DNA of 60,640 nucleotides, the filler included. It is 5 parts of 5 records of this genome, joined end to end, with 100 filler letters (N's around TTAATTAATTAA, not from the genome) between each part and the next. Parts side by side here need not be neighbours in the genome. Positions count along the whole stretch, not along the records: positions 23,448 to 43,676 come from SRR2962707_1642; positions 43,777 to 49,930 come from SRR2962707_1643; 3 more parts are not named here. The stretch is one strand, 5' to 3'. The notes beneath the pieces were generated by a model, which was not told the DNA's origin, did not search any database, and saw only the letters and a program-made list of their open reading frames with translations. Shown here in pieces: positions 37,960 through 47,969 of the stretch. The position numbers and the translations under genes are program-made. Position 1 is the first letter of the stretch; the number at the start of each line of letters is the position of its first letter.

Positions 37960-39269
37960 CACTGCATCGTTTCAGGCAGAAACAGCGCAATCTGCGGGAA
38001 CAGGCACAACAGAATGAGCATGACGAATCCAGCCGTGACGAAGGGTACCAATCCCTTGAAGACGTCCTCAAGCTGCACCCTTCCATCAGATGCCGACTGG
38101 ACCACGAAACAGTTGATCCCCACCGGCGGCGTGACGGCGCCAATCTCCACCAATAGCACCACGAAGACACCAAACCAGATGGGATCAAATCCAAGGCTCA
38201 TCATCACCGGGTGGGTGATCGGCAATGTGATCGCAAGCAGCGCCGGCGCATCCATCATCATGCCAAGCGCCAGATAGATCAGCGCCACCAGGGCCACCAC
38301 GACCCAGCGGTTAACATCAAGTCCCACCAGGTACATACCCAGCGCATTTGCCAGGCCGCTCAGCGCCAGGAACTTCGAAAACACCAGAGCGCAAATGAGA
38401 ATGCCGAAGATCATTGCGGTCGTGCGGACGGCATCCGTCAGGGTTCGGGACAACTCGATCCCTCTGAATCCGCCATGCCGGATCACGGCAAGCACAAAGG
38501 TCAGGCTGGCGCCGATTGCCCCGGCCTCGGTCGGTGTGAAAATGCCCACGTAAAGCCCGGTGACGATGCAGGCAATGATGATGACCAAGGGGCCTGCCAG
38601 CTTGAGCGACGCCAGTTTCTCACGCAATGTGAAGCTGTTGCGTTCCATCGGCGCCAACGCCGGATTGCGCCAGACGGTGATCCAGATCGCAACGCACAAC
38701 ATCAGGGCAAACAGAAATCCGGGAATGAAGCCGGCGATCAACAAACTGCCGATGCTGCTGTCTGTAAGGATGCCGTAGACCACGATCAATGCGCTGGGCG
38801 GAATCATCACAGCGAGCGTGCCGGCAATGGCAATCGAGGCCGAGGCCAGCCGCTTGTCATAGCCACGGTCCAGCATTTGCGGCAACGCCAACTTGGTAAA
38901 CAGCGTGGCGGTTCCGACTGACGAACCAGAAGCCGCGCCAAACGCCGCAGCGCCCAATGTTGTCGAAATCGCAAGCCCGCCGCGCAGGTTCGACAGCCAC
39001 TTGCTCGTCGCCTCGAAAAGGTCTTCGCCCAATCCGGCCCGCATGGCGAAATAGCCCATGAGCAGAAACAGCGGAATGACCGAAAAATGGAAGGAATGCG
39101 TGCTGTCAAAAAATACGGTGCTCAGCACCGATGTCGCAGCACTCAGCCCGACCAGCGACGCCAGGCCAAGCGCGCCCACCAGACCCAGTGCGACCATGAC
39201 GTTGACGCCCAACAAGATCGCTGCAAACAGCGCGAACACACCCAAAGTGCCAATTAAAATGCCGCTCAT
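37959..39269 (-). CDS. TRAP transporter large permease (DctM)
   Basis: 'IPLF.LMG', 'SGSS', 'MIPPS', 'TPTEA' and 'TPPVG'. Confidence 0.92.
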   Translation of the reverse strand: MSGILIGTLGVFALFAAILLGVNVMVALGLVGALGLASLVGLSAATSVLSTVFFDSTHSFHFSVIPLFLLMGYFAMRAGLGEDLFEATSKWLSNLRGGLAISTTLGAAAFGAASGSSVGTATLFTKLALPQMLDRGYDKRLASASIAIAGTLAVMIPPSALIVVYGILTDSSIGSLLIAGFIPGFLFALMLCVAIWITVWRNPALAPMERNSFTLREKLASLKLAGPLVIIIACIVTGLYVGIFTPTEAGAIGASLTFVLAVIRHGGFRGIELSRTLTDAVRTTAMIFGILICALVFSKFLALSGLANALGMYLVGLDVNRWVVVALVALIYLALGMMMDAPALLAITLPITHPVMMSLGFDPIWFGVFVVLLVEIGAVTPPVGINCFVVQSASDGRVQLEDVFKGLVPFVTAGFVMLILLCLFPQIALFLPETMQ

Positions 39270-39274
39270 GACGC

Positions 39275-39790
39275 CTACGCCTCTTCACTGTCCGGGAGCT
39301 TGCCCCCGGCTGCGACAAAAATCGCGTCGATAAAAAACTGGATGGCCAGCAGAACCAGACCCACGAAAACCGCCATCTTGATCGGCCAAAGGGGAAAACG
39401 GATGGAGCCGCGCTCCATTTCGTTGAAGGCTATGGACTTCATCGTCATTCCAAAGGCCGCCCAGGCTGCCCAGGCGAACAGTCCAGCCCCCAAGAGCAGC
39501 GCGAAAACCCGCAGGATCTGCCGCACGGATGGCGGAAAATGCTGCGTAAGCAGCACCACACGGATATGGCCACCATGAAACTGCGTCACTGCGAGCGACA
39601 TGAAGATGACCAGCGGAAGTGCGCTTTCCGTCAGCTCCAGCGTGCCCGCAATCGGTGCATTCAGGGCATAGCGCAACACCGCATTTGCCACCACAAGGCA
39701 CATGATGGCGAAGAGAACGACACCTGCAAACAGTCCACAGATATTGAGCACGCTGCCGAATGAACGGCGCAGTTTTTCAAGCATTTGCAT
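39275..39790 (-). CDS. TRAP transporter small permease (DctQ)
   Basis: Four TM segments, 'LRY.LNAPI.G' and 'GHIRV'. Confidence 0.88.
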   Translation of the reverse strand: MQMLEKLRRSFGSVLNICGLFAGVVLFAIMCLVVANAVLRYALNAPIAGTLELTESALPLVIFMSLAVTQFHGGHIRVVLLTQHFPPSVRQILRVFALLLGAGLFAWAAWAAFGMTMKSIAFNEMERGSIRFPLWPIKMAVFVGLVLLAIQFFIDAIFVAAGGKLPDSEEA

Positions 39791-39842
39791 GAGGGGTCCT
39801 CCCAGACGGGCGGGAGGCACATGGAGTGCCTCCCTTCCCAAA

Positions 39843-40862
39843 TCAGAACTGCAAATCTGCAGCTATTTCTTCGGCCGGAACTCCAAGCGCATTTGCCTTG
39901 TCGAGCCATTCCTTGCGAACAGCCTGAATACGCTCGTCGCTCACCAGACCGATCAACTCTTCACGTGGAAACGCAACAACTTCCACACCCAGATCACCGG
40001 CCCAAAGCTCACGCACGCGTGCAGCATCTTCAGTCAGCAGACGGGTGTATTCCACCAGATAATCGTGGCCCAGCTGATTGACGATCGCCTTGGTTTCGTC
40101 ATCCATGCCCTTGTAGCTTTCAAGGTTCATGGCAAGGAGATGGCCGAACGACGCGCCGAATGGCACTTCGATGTAGTATTTGGCAACCTCGTCATATTTC
40201 CAGCCACGTGCGAGTGCGGGCCCGATCGGGGTGCAATCGACAACGGAACGCTGCAGAGCCTCGTAGGTCTCCGAGGTGGAAATCGATACCGGCGTGGCAC
40301 CCATCGCCTCGATAAGCGCCGGGTAGGCGAAACCGTAGCTGCGGATGCGCAAACCCTTCATGTCGGCCAGATTGTTGACCGGCTTCATGCAAAGCAGGCC
40401 GTAATCCTCCAGCGGGCGGAACCCGAATGCATAAAGGTTCTGGCTGGCGAGTTCTTCGGCCACTTGTGGATAATTCTTGTGCAGGTTTTCCATGAATTCA
40501 CCGACCTGCAATGAATTGCCCGGCTGTGGAATGAAAAATCCGACTGTATTGTTGAGCGGCATTCGGTCCGCGAAATAGGGCGTTACGATATCGCCGAAAT
40601 CGCCGACGCCGCCGGCAAGCGCGTCGGGAATTTCCCGGACTTTCGCGACGGAGCCACCCCAGAACACTTCGATCGAATGTTTGCCGCCGGTGCGCTTGGC
40701 GAATTCGTCGACCAGCCACTGCGTCGAAATCGCCTGCGCATCACCCGCGCCTTGAGGTTTGGACGTAATCCATTTGTATGTTTCAGCCTGGCTCACACCA
40801 GTTGTCGCCATGACGGCAGTCAATGCGACGCCAGTCGCGCGAAGAAGCGCCTTGATATCCAT
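39843..40862 (-). CDS. TRAP substrate-binding protein (DctP family)
   Basis: GGGAGG RBS, signal peptide, 'DMKGLRIR' and 'ETYEALQR.VVD'. Confidence 0.9.
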   Translation of the reverse strand: MDIKALLRATGVALTAVMATTGVSQAETYKWITSKPQGAGDAQAISTQWLVDEFAKRTGGKHSIEVFWGGSVAKVREIPDALAGGVGDFGDIVTPYFADRMPLNNTVGFFIPQPGNSLQVGEFMENLHKNYPQVAEELASQNLYAFGFRPLEDYGLLCMKPVNNLADMKGLRIRSYGFAYPALIEAMGATPVSISTSETYEALQRSVVDCTPIGPALARGWKYDEVAKYYIEVPFGASFGHLLAMNLESYKGMDDETKAIVNQLGHDYLVEYTRLLTEDAARVRELWAGDLGVEVVAFPREELIGLVSDERIQAVRKEWLDKANALGVPAEEIAADLQF

Positions 40863-40980
40863 AGTTTCCTCCCATTCGTGACCCGGCGTCCTCCGCCATC
40901 GTCCACACAACACGTTTCGGCAATTGATCGCCATAAATCAAATGCCTATTCTCGATGAACTCTATGCCTTTGCGGCATTG

Positions 40981-41919
40981 CTATTTCCAGACACCGCTGG
41001 CGGAGAGATCCGACACGATCGTCTGGATGGCTTCCTCAACCAGCTTGATCGCCATTTTGCGGCGCTGTTGGGCACGGGTGGCGATGCACAAGGTCCATTC
41101 AATCGGAGGGTCCGTGATCGGCGCCGCCGCCAGCGTGCCGGCCTGCACTTCGGACAGAACCCCGCCATAGGTGAGAATTGTAAACCCGTGCCCCTTGCGT
41201 ACCAGCGCCTTGAGCAACCAGACACCGTCAACCCGCTGCTGAAGATTCAACTCGATTCCCGCCATATCGGCGTGCTTGTCAATCAAGATGCGCAGGAAGT
41301 TGGGCCGGCTGGGCATGATCAAGGGCAGTCGAGCGGCCTCTGCAAGTGTATAGGACGCCTTGTCCAGAGACCCGGCCGGACCAATCACCTGCAGACGCTC
41401 ATCCAGAAGCCGGGAGACAAAGATCCCCTCCTGGAATGACGATTCATGCATCACCGCGAGGCTGATTTCGCCATTCGACAACTTGCTTTCCAGCGCCTGG
41501 CTGAAGCCTTCGACAAACCGGAGCTCGATCTCGGGATATCGATCGCGCATCAGGGCAAGCAGGGGAGGCGCGATAAACTCGCCCGGCGTTGGCGGAATGC
41601 CAACAACCACCACTCCGCGCGGCCGCTCCACCTGGGCGGTGATGTCGTGATGTGCCTGCTGTATCTGGGCCAGGATAACATAGGCCCGCTGCAGCAGGAC
41701 CTCTCCGGCTTCTGTCAGCTCCACTCCCCGCGTTGTCCGCAAAAAGACCGGCACACCCAGATCCGCCTCCAGATTTGCAATCTGGCGGCTTACCGCCGGC
41801 TGCGCAATTCTCAACCGTGCCGAGGCGCCGGTGAAGCTTTTTTCCTCGGCCACACACACGAAATAGCGCAATGTCCGCAGTTCCGGATGCCAGTCCCCGG
41901 TGAACTTCTCAGGCCGCAT
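40981..41919 (-). CDS. LysR family regulator
   Basis: 'LRYFVCVAEEKSFTGASARLRIAQPAVSRQI'. Confidence 0.92.
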   Translation of the reverse strand: MRPEKFTGDWHPELRTLRYFVCVAEEKSFTGASARLRIAQPAVSRQIANLEADLGVPVFLRTTRGVELTEAGEVLLQRAYVILAQIQQAHHDITAQVERPRGVVVVGIPPTPGEFIAPPLLALMRDRYPEIELRFVEGFSQALESKLSNGEISLAVMHESSFQEGIFVSRLLDERLQVIGPAGSLDKASYTLAEAARLPLIMPSRPNFLRILIDKHADMAGIELNLQQRVDGVWLLKALVRKGHGFTILTYGGVLSEVQAGTLAAAPITDPPIEWTLCIATRAQQRRKMAIKLVEEAIQTIVSDLSASGVWK

Positions 41920-42091
41920 GATGCCAGCCTCCCTTTTGCTGCATGTTGCAACTCAGAACCCGATATTCGCTTTTTTGCCTAACGCGCATGGTATGAGTTG
42001 TTCCCTGAATGTGCCCATTCACAAGTTGGTTCTGTTCACGTTGTTGTCCAATTGGGGGCGGGTTGCAATTCGTTTGAACGGCCCGGGCTTT

Positions 42092-42192
42092 GCCGACTTG
42101 CTCCATCTCACGCCTCCTGTTGAACCGGTCGAGCCATCCCATCATGGCAAACACGACGGCTTCGAAAGGCCGCCATGGTCCCCCCCGTCTTG
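42092..42192 (-). pseudogene. IS3-family transposase C-terminal relic
   Basis: Minus-strand 'RRGGPWRPFEAVVFAMMGWLDRFNRRR' resembles the IS3 OrfB tail pattern 'RRGPWRS.EAVE.ATLEWVDWFN.RR'. Confidence 0.6.
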
Positions 42193-42345
42193 TCGCACTC
42201 TTTTAGACTTGAAGCTTGACAGAGGAAGACATGAAATTTCATATATTTTACTGTCCAGAAGCCCACGTCGCGAATCTGCGGTGCCCCTCGGTCAGGGAGC
42301 GGGCATATGCCGGCTGCGGGCAAAGACATAACGAAAGGCCATTTC

Positions 42346-43266
42346 ATGAAAGCGGTAAGGATACACTCCCACGGCGGCCCGGAGGTTCTCGTTTTTGAGG
42401 ATGCGCCCGATCCTGCCCCGGGCACGGGAGAGGTTGTCGTTGCCATCAAGGCAGCAAGTGTCAACGCAGCCGACTGGAAGGTGCGCAGCGGTAAATCACC
42501 CGCTACCGTCGACTTGCCGCACATTCTCGGTCGCGATTTCTCCGGCGTTGTCGAAGCCGCCGGTCCCGGTGCGGATCTCGAGCCCGGCACAGAAGTCTAT
42601 GCAGTCTGTCCGCGCGATCTGGAAGGCGGTTACGCCGAGAAGATCGCCATCGGCGCGCAGTATCTTGGCCGCAAACCGCAAGGCCTCACGCATGTGCAGG
42701 CAACTGCCATCGGGCTTGCAGCTCTGACTGCTCTCGTCACCATTGAAGACACACTTGAGCTCAAGCGCGGCGAGAAGATCCTGATCCAGGGCGGAGCCGG
42801 AGGCGTCGCCGGCATGGCGATCCAGCTCGCGCACCATCTTGGCGCCGAGGTTGTCACCACCGCGCGGGCCGAAAATCATGCCTATGTGCGCAGTCTGGGC
42901 GCGGATCAGGTCATTGACTATACCAAGGATGATCCGGCGGCGCTTCTCGGCGATTGCGATGCCGCCTTCGACACCGTGGGCGGCGCATGCACCGCGCAAT
43001 GCTTCGCTGCGTTGAAGCCCGGCGGACGTGCAGCCTTCATCGCAGGTGGAGCCAGCGCACCCGAGGCGCCGCGCAACGACGTGACCGCCTTGCGGCCGGC
43101 CGTTGGCCGCAGCCGCGCGCTGATGGACCGTGTGACGGCCTATGTCGAGGCAGGCGTGCTCAAACTGCCGCAGATAACGACCATGCCGCTGTCCGAAGCT
43201 GTTCGGGCTCATGAGCTCAGCGAAGCCAAGCATGTCCGCGGCAAGCTGGTTTTCGAGGTCGGTTGA
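42346..43266 (+). CDS. NADP-dependent quinone oxidoreductase-like protein (MDR family)
   Basis: 'GGPEVL', 'VNAADWK', 'GRDFSG', 'GGAGGVA' and 'RGKLV'. Confidence 0.88.
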   Translation: MKAVRIHSHGGPEVLVFEDAPDPAPGTGEVVVAIKAASVNAADWKVRSGKSPATVDLPHILGRDFSGVVEAAGPGADLEPGTEVYAVCPRDLEGGYAEKIAIGAQYLGRKPQGLTHVQATAIGLAALTALVTIEDTLELKRGEKILIQGGAGGVAGMAIQLAHHLGAEVVTTARAENHAYVRSLGADQVIDYTKDDPAALLGDCDAAFDTVGGACTAQCFAALKPGGRAAFIAGGASAPEAPRNDVTALRPAVGRSRALMDRVTAYVEAGVLKLPQITTMPLSEAVRAHELSEAKHVRGKLVFEVG

Positions 43267-43353
43267 GCACGAGGGCGCGACAAACCCGCCATTTTCACTG
43301 GCCGTCGTGACCTGCCGATGCATGTCCTCGAGAGCTGGGGTAGATCAGTCGCA

Positions 43354-43453
43354 ATGGAAGCGAAGCGGGACGTAGTGGCTCATGCCTGTTCAAGGCATGG
43401 TGTGAGCCAGCGTCGGGCGTGCTCTGTGTTAGCTGCGGACCGGTTGAGTGTGC
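43354..43453 (+). pseudogene. IS3-family (IS407-group-like) OrfB N-terminal relic
   Basis: 'AKRDVVAHACSRHGVSQRRACSVLAADRLSV' followed by loss of similarity. Confidence 0.7.
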
Positions 43454-43619
43454 AAGGATCGTGTCTCTACAACGTCAGGCGACCGCAGTGGCTTAGCTGG
43501 GTGATACCATCAAACGCATAGACGCCGTCCAGCGAACTGCAAAGACGTGTCGCAAGAAGCAAATGCGGAATTCAGATTCGAGGAGTAATTGTTTAAATGC
43601 AGTGCCTTGAAAAGACGAA

Positions 43620-43676
43620 TGGCGGAGAGAGTGGGATTCGAACCCACGAGACGGTTCCCCGCCTACACACTTTCCA
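43620..43676 (-). tRNA. tRNA-Ser(GGA), 3' part, cut by the contig end
   Basis: Minus strand TGGAAAGTGTGTAGGCGGGGAACCGTCTCGTGGGTTCGAATCCCACTCTCTCCGCCA: GGA anticodon, long variable arm, T-arm and CCA. Confidence 0.92.
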
Positions 43677-43776
43677 NNNNNNNNNNNNNNNNNNNNNNNN
43701 NNNNNNNNNNNNNNNNNNNNTTAATTAATTAANNNNNNNNNNNNNNNNNNNNNNNNNNNNNNNNNNNNNNNNNNNN
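43677..43776. other. Artificial contig linker
   Basis: N44-TTAATTAATTAA-N44. Confidence 0.99.
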
Positions 43777-44091
43777 ATCCCAGCCCGGCACATAGGCCGA
43801 GTTGAAGCCCAGCATCTGCATCGAGCGTGAAACCAGATCTTTCAGCGTCTTGTTGAGCGCATGGCCGATATGGATATTGCCGTTGGCATAGGGAGGGCCA
43901 TCATGGATGGTGAACAGAGGGCGATCCTTGGCCTGCTCGCGCTGCAGGGCAAAGATGTCCATTTCTTCCCAACGCTTGAGCCATTCGGGCTCGCGCTGCG
44001 GCAGGCCCGCGCGCATGGGGAAGCTGGTTTCTGGCAAAAATAGGGTTGCCGAATAATCGGTTTCGGCGGCGCCTGTGACGGTATCGGTCAT
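43777..44091 (-). CDS. ileS: Isoleucine--tRNA ligase, N-terminal part (cut by the contig end)
   Basis: '[14 protein letters not shown]', '[15 protein letters not shown]' and 'VPGWD'. Follows ribF. Confidence 0.95.
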
Positions 44092-44186
44092 GGGAAACGG
44101 CAATCGTTCTGGAGATTTGGCTGCCTTTTAGCAAGGCAGGGGCCATGGGGCAAAGGCTGATTTGGGACAGCTGGCGTCGGTGGCGA

Positions 44187-45161
44187 TCAGCCGATGAAGC
44201 CAAGTCTGCTGTCTAGCGCGCCGATGGGGCGCGCGGTGCTAATGAGCTCCCGGGCCTTGCGGCTGTCGCGATCCATGGCAGTAATCAGTTCGTCGAGCCC
44301 GGAAAAGACTTCCTGGCCACGGATATGGCCAATCAACGCGACCGAAATGGTCTGCCCGTAAATGTCCTCATCGAAGTCGAACAGATGGGTCTCAAACGGC
44401 GGGCGCTGATTGTTAAACATGGGCTTGCCGAAGGCGGCTACCCCGTCAAGCAAGCGGCCGGCAACCTTGGCGCGGACGGCATAGACGCCTTGTGCCAGCT
44501 GAAAGCTGGCATGGGTCATGGTGTTGGCCGTGGGATAGCCAAGCTCCCTACCCCGCTGGTCACCCTTGACCACGCAGCCATCGAAAAACCAGTGATAGCC
44601 CAACAGTCGATTGGCTGCCGAGACCGCCCCTTCGGAGAGGGCTGCGCGAATACGCGAAGACGAGATGACCTCATCGCCTTCATCCATCAGGTCGAGCGTT
44701 TCGACAGCAAAGCCGTTGGCGTCGCCGGCAGCCTTGAGGAATGCTGGTGTACCGCGACGCTGACGCCCAAAGTGGAAATCGGAGCCAACAATGACGCCGG
44801 TCACTCCCAGCGCATCAATCAAAAAGCGTGAGACAAAATCCTCGGCTTCGATCTGCGAAAAGTCTCGATCGAATTTGAGGATGGTGACCGCATCAACACC
44901 AAAGGCCTCGGCCAGCCTGGCCTTGGAATCGCCTTCGGTAAGCCGGAACATGAAGGGAGCGGGTGCGAACACATCGCGGGGATGCGGCTCAAACGTCAGC
45001 ACCATTGCCGGAACACCTGCGGCGTCAGCACGGTCCTTGAGCGCTGAGAGCACCATTTGATGGCCGCGATGAAAGCCATCGAAGTTGCCGATGGCAATAT
45101 AGGCGCCGCGCAGCGAAGCGGGCACGGCATCGAGATTGGACAGGCGCTGAAACGTGCTCAT
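44187..45161 (-). CDS. ribF: Bifunctional riboflavin kinase / FAD synthetase
   Basis: 'IGNFDGFHRGH', 'TFEPHP', 'ISSSRIR' and 'GRELGYPTAN'. Confidence 0.95.
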   Translation of the reverse strand: MSTFQRLSNLDAVPASLRGAYIAIGNFDGFHRGHQMVLSALKDRADAAGVPAMVLTFEPHPRDVFAPAPFMFRLTEGDSKARLAEAFGVDAVTILKFDRDFSQIEAEDFVSRFLIDALGVTGVIVGSDFHFGRQRRGTPAFLKAAGDANGFAVETLDLMDEGDEVISSSRIRAALSEGAVSAANRLLGYHWFFDGCVVKGDQRGRELGYPTANTMTHASFQLAQGVYAVRAKVAGRLLDGVAAFGKPMFNNQRPPFETHLFDFDEDIYGQTISVALIGHIRGQEVFSGLDELITAMDRDSRKARELISTARPIGALDSRLGFIG

Positions 45162-45166
45162 CGCTG

Positions 45167-46033
45167 CTACCAGGTCAGCCGCGGCAGGAAGCCCGCCATA
45201 TTCGCACGGCTGGGTGACACCAGATCAACAATGGCCTGGGGATCAGGTTTTCCGAAAGCATCGAGCTCGGCGGCGTGGATCGAGCCGGTGACAAACAGCA
45301 GATCGAGCCCGAACTTGGCGGCGCCTGTGGCGTCGGTCCGCACGCTGTCGCCGATGGCCAATACGCGCGATTTATCGAGACTTTTTCCAGCAGCCTGCTC
45401 AGCCAGACGAAAGGCTTCCTCGTAGATTGGCTGATAGGGCTTGCCCGCCATGAGGACCATGCCACCCATGGCAGCATAGAGGTCGCCCAACGCACCGCCG
45501 CAATAGATGATCTTGTCGCCATGCTCGACGACGCGGTCGGGGTTCGCGCAGATCATGGGCAGCTTGCGCTGCAACCAGAACTTGGCGCGTTCACGGTACA
45601 TTTCAGGAGTATCATCATCGGTATCGAGATCGGTGACGACCACGGCCTCGGCCTCGTCGGCGCCCGTGCGGCGAACATTGAGCCCTTCATAGAGCGCATC
45701 ATCTTCAGTGGCCGGTCCGACATGATGGATGGCCTTGCCGGAATATTTGCCGATCATCACGCGCGTTGCATCACCTGACGACACGATGGCGTCGTAGGCG
45801 CCGCGTGTGACGCCAAGGCGATCAAGCATCTCGATCAGCGGACCAGAGGGACGCGGCGCGTTGGTGATGAAGACGACCTTGCCGCCCGCCTTGCGGTATT
45901 CAACCAGCGCATCAACGGCACTGGGGAATGCCGAGACACCGTTATGCACAACGCCCCAGACATCGCTCAGCACGGCGTCGTAGGAGCCGGCAAGGTCAGA
46001 TAGGCCGGAGATGGTGGGTAGCTGGCTGGTCAT
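45167..46033 (-). CDS. HAD-IIA hydrolase (TIGR01459-like)
   Basis: 'DVWGVVHNG', 'TNAPR', 'CANPD', 'GKP' and 'IGDS..TD'. Confidence 0.9.
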   Translation of the reverse strand: MTSQLPTISGLSDLAGSYDAVLSDVWGVVHNGVSAFPSAVDALVEYRKAGGKVVFITNAPRPSGPLIEMLDRLGVTRGAYDAIVSSGDATRVMIGKYSGKAIHHVGPATEDDALYEGLNVRRTGADEAEAVVVTDLDTDDDTPEMYRERAKFWLQRKLPMICANPDRVVEHGDKIIYCGGALGDLYAAMGGMVLMAGKPYQPIYEEAFRLAEQAAGKSLDKSRVLAIGDSVRTDATGAAKFGLDLLFVTGSIHAAELDAFGKPDPQAIVDLVSPSRANMAGFLPRLTW

Positions 46034-46119
46034 CGCTGAGATCCGGTGCGTGCGGGATGTGGGCTGTATGTGGCAGCTTGCCCCTTGGGATCAAGGGGAA
46101 ACCACAATGTGACTGGGTA

Positions 46120-46608
46120 TCACAGCTTTGGCGACAGGCCGAAATGATGGCAAATCTGCACCGCGCTAGCCCGCGGCGTGGCCATATCGACAATAGTAAG
46201 ATCGCTGAACTCGCGGCTGGCATAGCCCTCCACATACATCTGGCGCGTGCGGAGGATCTCGTCAGGGCGCAACTGGCGACTTCCGCGATTACTCGTGGCA
46301 GTTTCGACTGGCGGTGCCAGCGTCACAACACGCAAATCAGCGTGTCTGGTAGCGCTGACGCGCAGCAATCTTTGGTAATCGCTGTGACGCAGCGGTGTTG
46401 CCAGCACCAGTACCGCGCCATATGCGGTAGCAATGAGATGCTCTAGCCGCCGCATGGAGGCCTCGATACGGGCGACCAGAGGCGCATCATCGGGAGCATC
46501 GTGATCATCACCATCAAAAAACGCTGCCCGGGGCACAATGGCGGCCAAGGCTTTTCCGGTGGTGGTCTTGCCAGCATTGATGGGGCCGTTGAGCACCACG
46601 ACCAGCAT
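46120..46608 (-). CDS. Small P-loop kinase (shikimate/gluconate kinase-like)
   Basis: 'LNGPINAGKTT' and 'DGDD'. Confidence 0.72.
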   Translation of the reverse strand: MLVVVLNGPINAGKTTTGKALAAIVPRAAFFDGDDHDAPDDAPLVARIEASMRRLEHLIATAYGAVLVLATPLRHSDYQRLLRVSATRHADLRVVTLAPPVETATSNRGSRQLRPDEILRTRQMYVEGYASREFSDLTIVDMATPRASAVQICHHFGLSPKL

Positions 46609-46613
46609 GCAGA

Positions 46614-47858
46614 TCAGCTCTCGGCGCGGCGCAGCTTGGGCGTCGCACCGCGCGGCGCTTCGACAACAAGGTCTGGCCGGACGGGACCGGGCGCGGCAAT
46701 GTGAGGGCCTTGTACCAGAGTGATACCATCCTCGAGCAATTCAACGATCTGGCGTTCGCTGGCGATGCCGGTCGCCAGCAGCACGACTTCGAACCGCGCA
46801 ACATAGTCGGCGATATCGGAGGCATGGAAATCGGTAAAGCTCTCGGGTGCCTCAATGAAACGGGCCGCATCGACGCGCAGCGAGCGCACATTCTGAGCGG
46901 CCATTTCGGCAACATCAACGCGCAGTGATTTGACGTTGACGATGGAGAAGCCCGCGCCCTTTTTGGCGACGGCGTCGGCAATTGCGCGCTCAGCCGTGCT
47001 CATGCCCAGCCATTCACTCTCGGCAATGGCAAAGATCAGACCTTCGGCTATGGCCCGATTGGCCTCAAGTGAAGCAAGCAATTGCTCGGAGGACGCAGAA
47101 TCGCCAAGCGAAGCACGCGAAAGCGGAATATAGAGCGTGATGGGTTGACCGCTGGAGCGGGCGCGTCGGCAAATGGTGATTGCCTCAACCAGACCCACAC
47201 CTTCGATGTGGCGCAGCACATCCTGACCGTTGCGGCGCGGCGCGAAGTCTGCGTAATCGGCCAGATCGCCATCTTCGAGCATCAGGCGGGGCACCAGATC
47301 ATAACCTTGGGGACGACGCTGGGGTAGCGTAACAACAGGCTGGATGTGATAGACGAGCCGATTGTCGGCTAGTGCCTGACGCACCATTTCAAGCGGGATC
47401 GAGGGTTCAGGCTCGCGCGCTGGCGGTGCCGATGGTGGCGGGACGGCTGCCGCAATCATGCGCTCGCGCCCGGCGGGCTGAGGCTTGGCGGCACGATCCT
47501 CAATCTCGGCAACTGCCTCGGCAACCTGTCGGATCACCGTACCCAACACGGAAATATCGGCTTCAACGCCATCAAGGCGCTGGTCAGCATTGATATCAGC
47601 CATGGCATTAATGCGCTGGCCCAGCACTGCGCCGGCCTGAGCATCCGTTGCAAGAAGACGGGACAGGTCTTCGATGGCGCGTTCCAGCCGGTTTTCGGCG
47701 CGCTGACGCAACGTGCGTTCAAGCAGCACCACGAAGACACAGCCGACAACCACGGCAGCAAGAATCGCCTCGGCGGGCGTAAACGTCAGCCCAAAATAGG
47801 CTGTCGCGCCGACGCCGGCCGCAGCAAGGGCGATAAACGTGTAGACCAGTGCCTGCAC
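46614..47858 (-). CDS. Membrane-anchored EAL-domain protein (TipF-like), degenerate
   Basis: Two N-terminal TM segments, a coiled coil, then 'IQPVVTLPQRR..GYDLVPRL' and 'LVQG'. Confidence 0.78.
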   Translation of the reverse strand: MQALVYTFIALAAAGVGATAYFGLTFTPAEAILAAVVVGCVFVVLLERTLRQRAENRLERAIEDLSRLLATDAQAGAVLGQRINAMADINADQRLDGVEADISVLGTVIRQVAEAVAEIEDRAAKPQPAGRERMIAAAVPPPSAPPAREPEPSIPLEMVRQALADNRLVYHIQPVVTLPQRRPQGYDLVPRLMLEDGDLADYADFAPRRNGQDVLRHIEGVGLVEAITICRRARSSGQPITLYIPLSRASLGDSASSEQLLASLEANRAIAEGLIFAIAESEWLGMSTAERAIADAVAKKGAGFSIVNVKSLRVDVAEMAAQNVRSLRVDAARFIEAPESFTDFHASDIADYVARFEVVLLATGIASERQIVELLEDGITLVQGPHIAAPGPVRPDLVVEAPRGATPKLRRAES

Positions 47859-47969
47859 GGGCGGACCTATGAACCCTTTGTAATCGCCGGGATTCGGCTT
47901 CCCCTCATAGCACCGCGTCGGGTGCTGCAAAAGGCGAACGCCGCCTCTTCCAAGGCTAATTGCGCCTCA

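Noticed and set aside
42231-42345. RBS plus ATG 'MKFHIFYCPEAHV...' before the MDR gene
   Set aside because: It could be the stub of a deleted gene but is too short to assign, and it overlaps the next gene out of frame.
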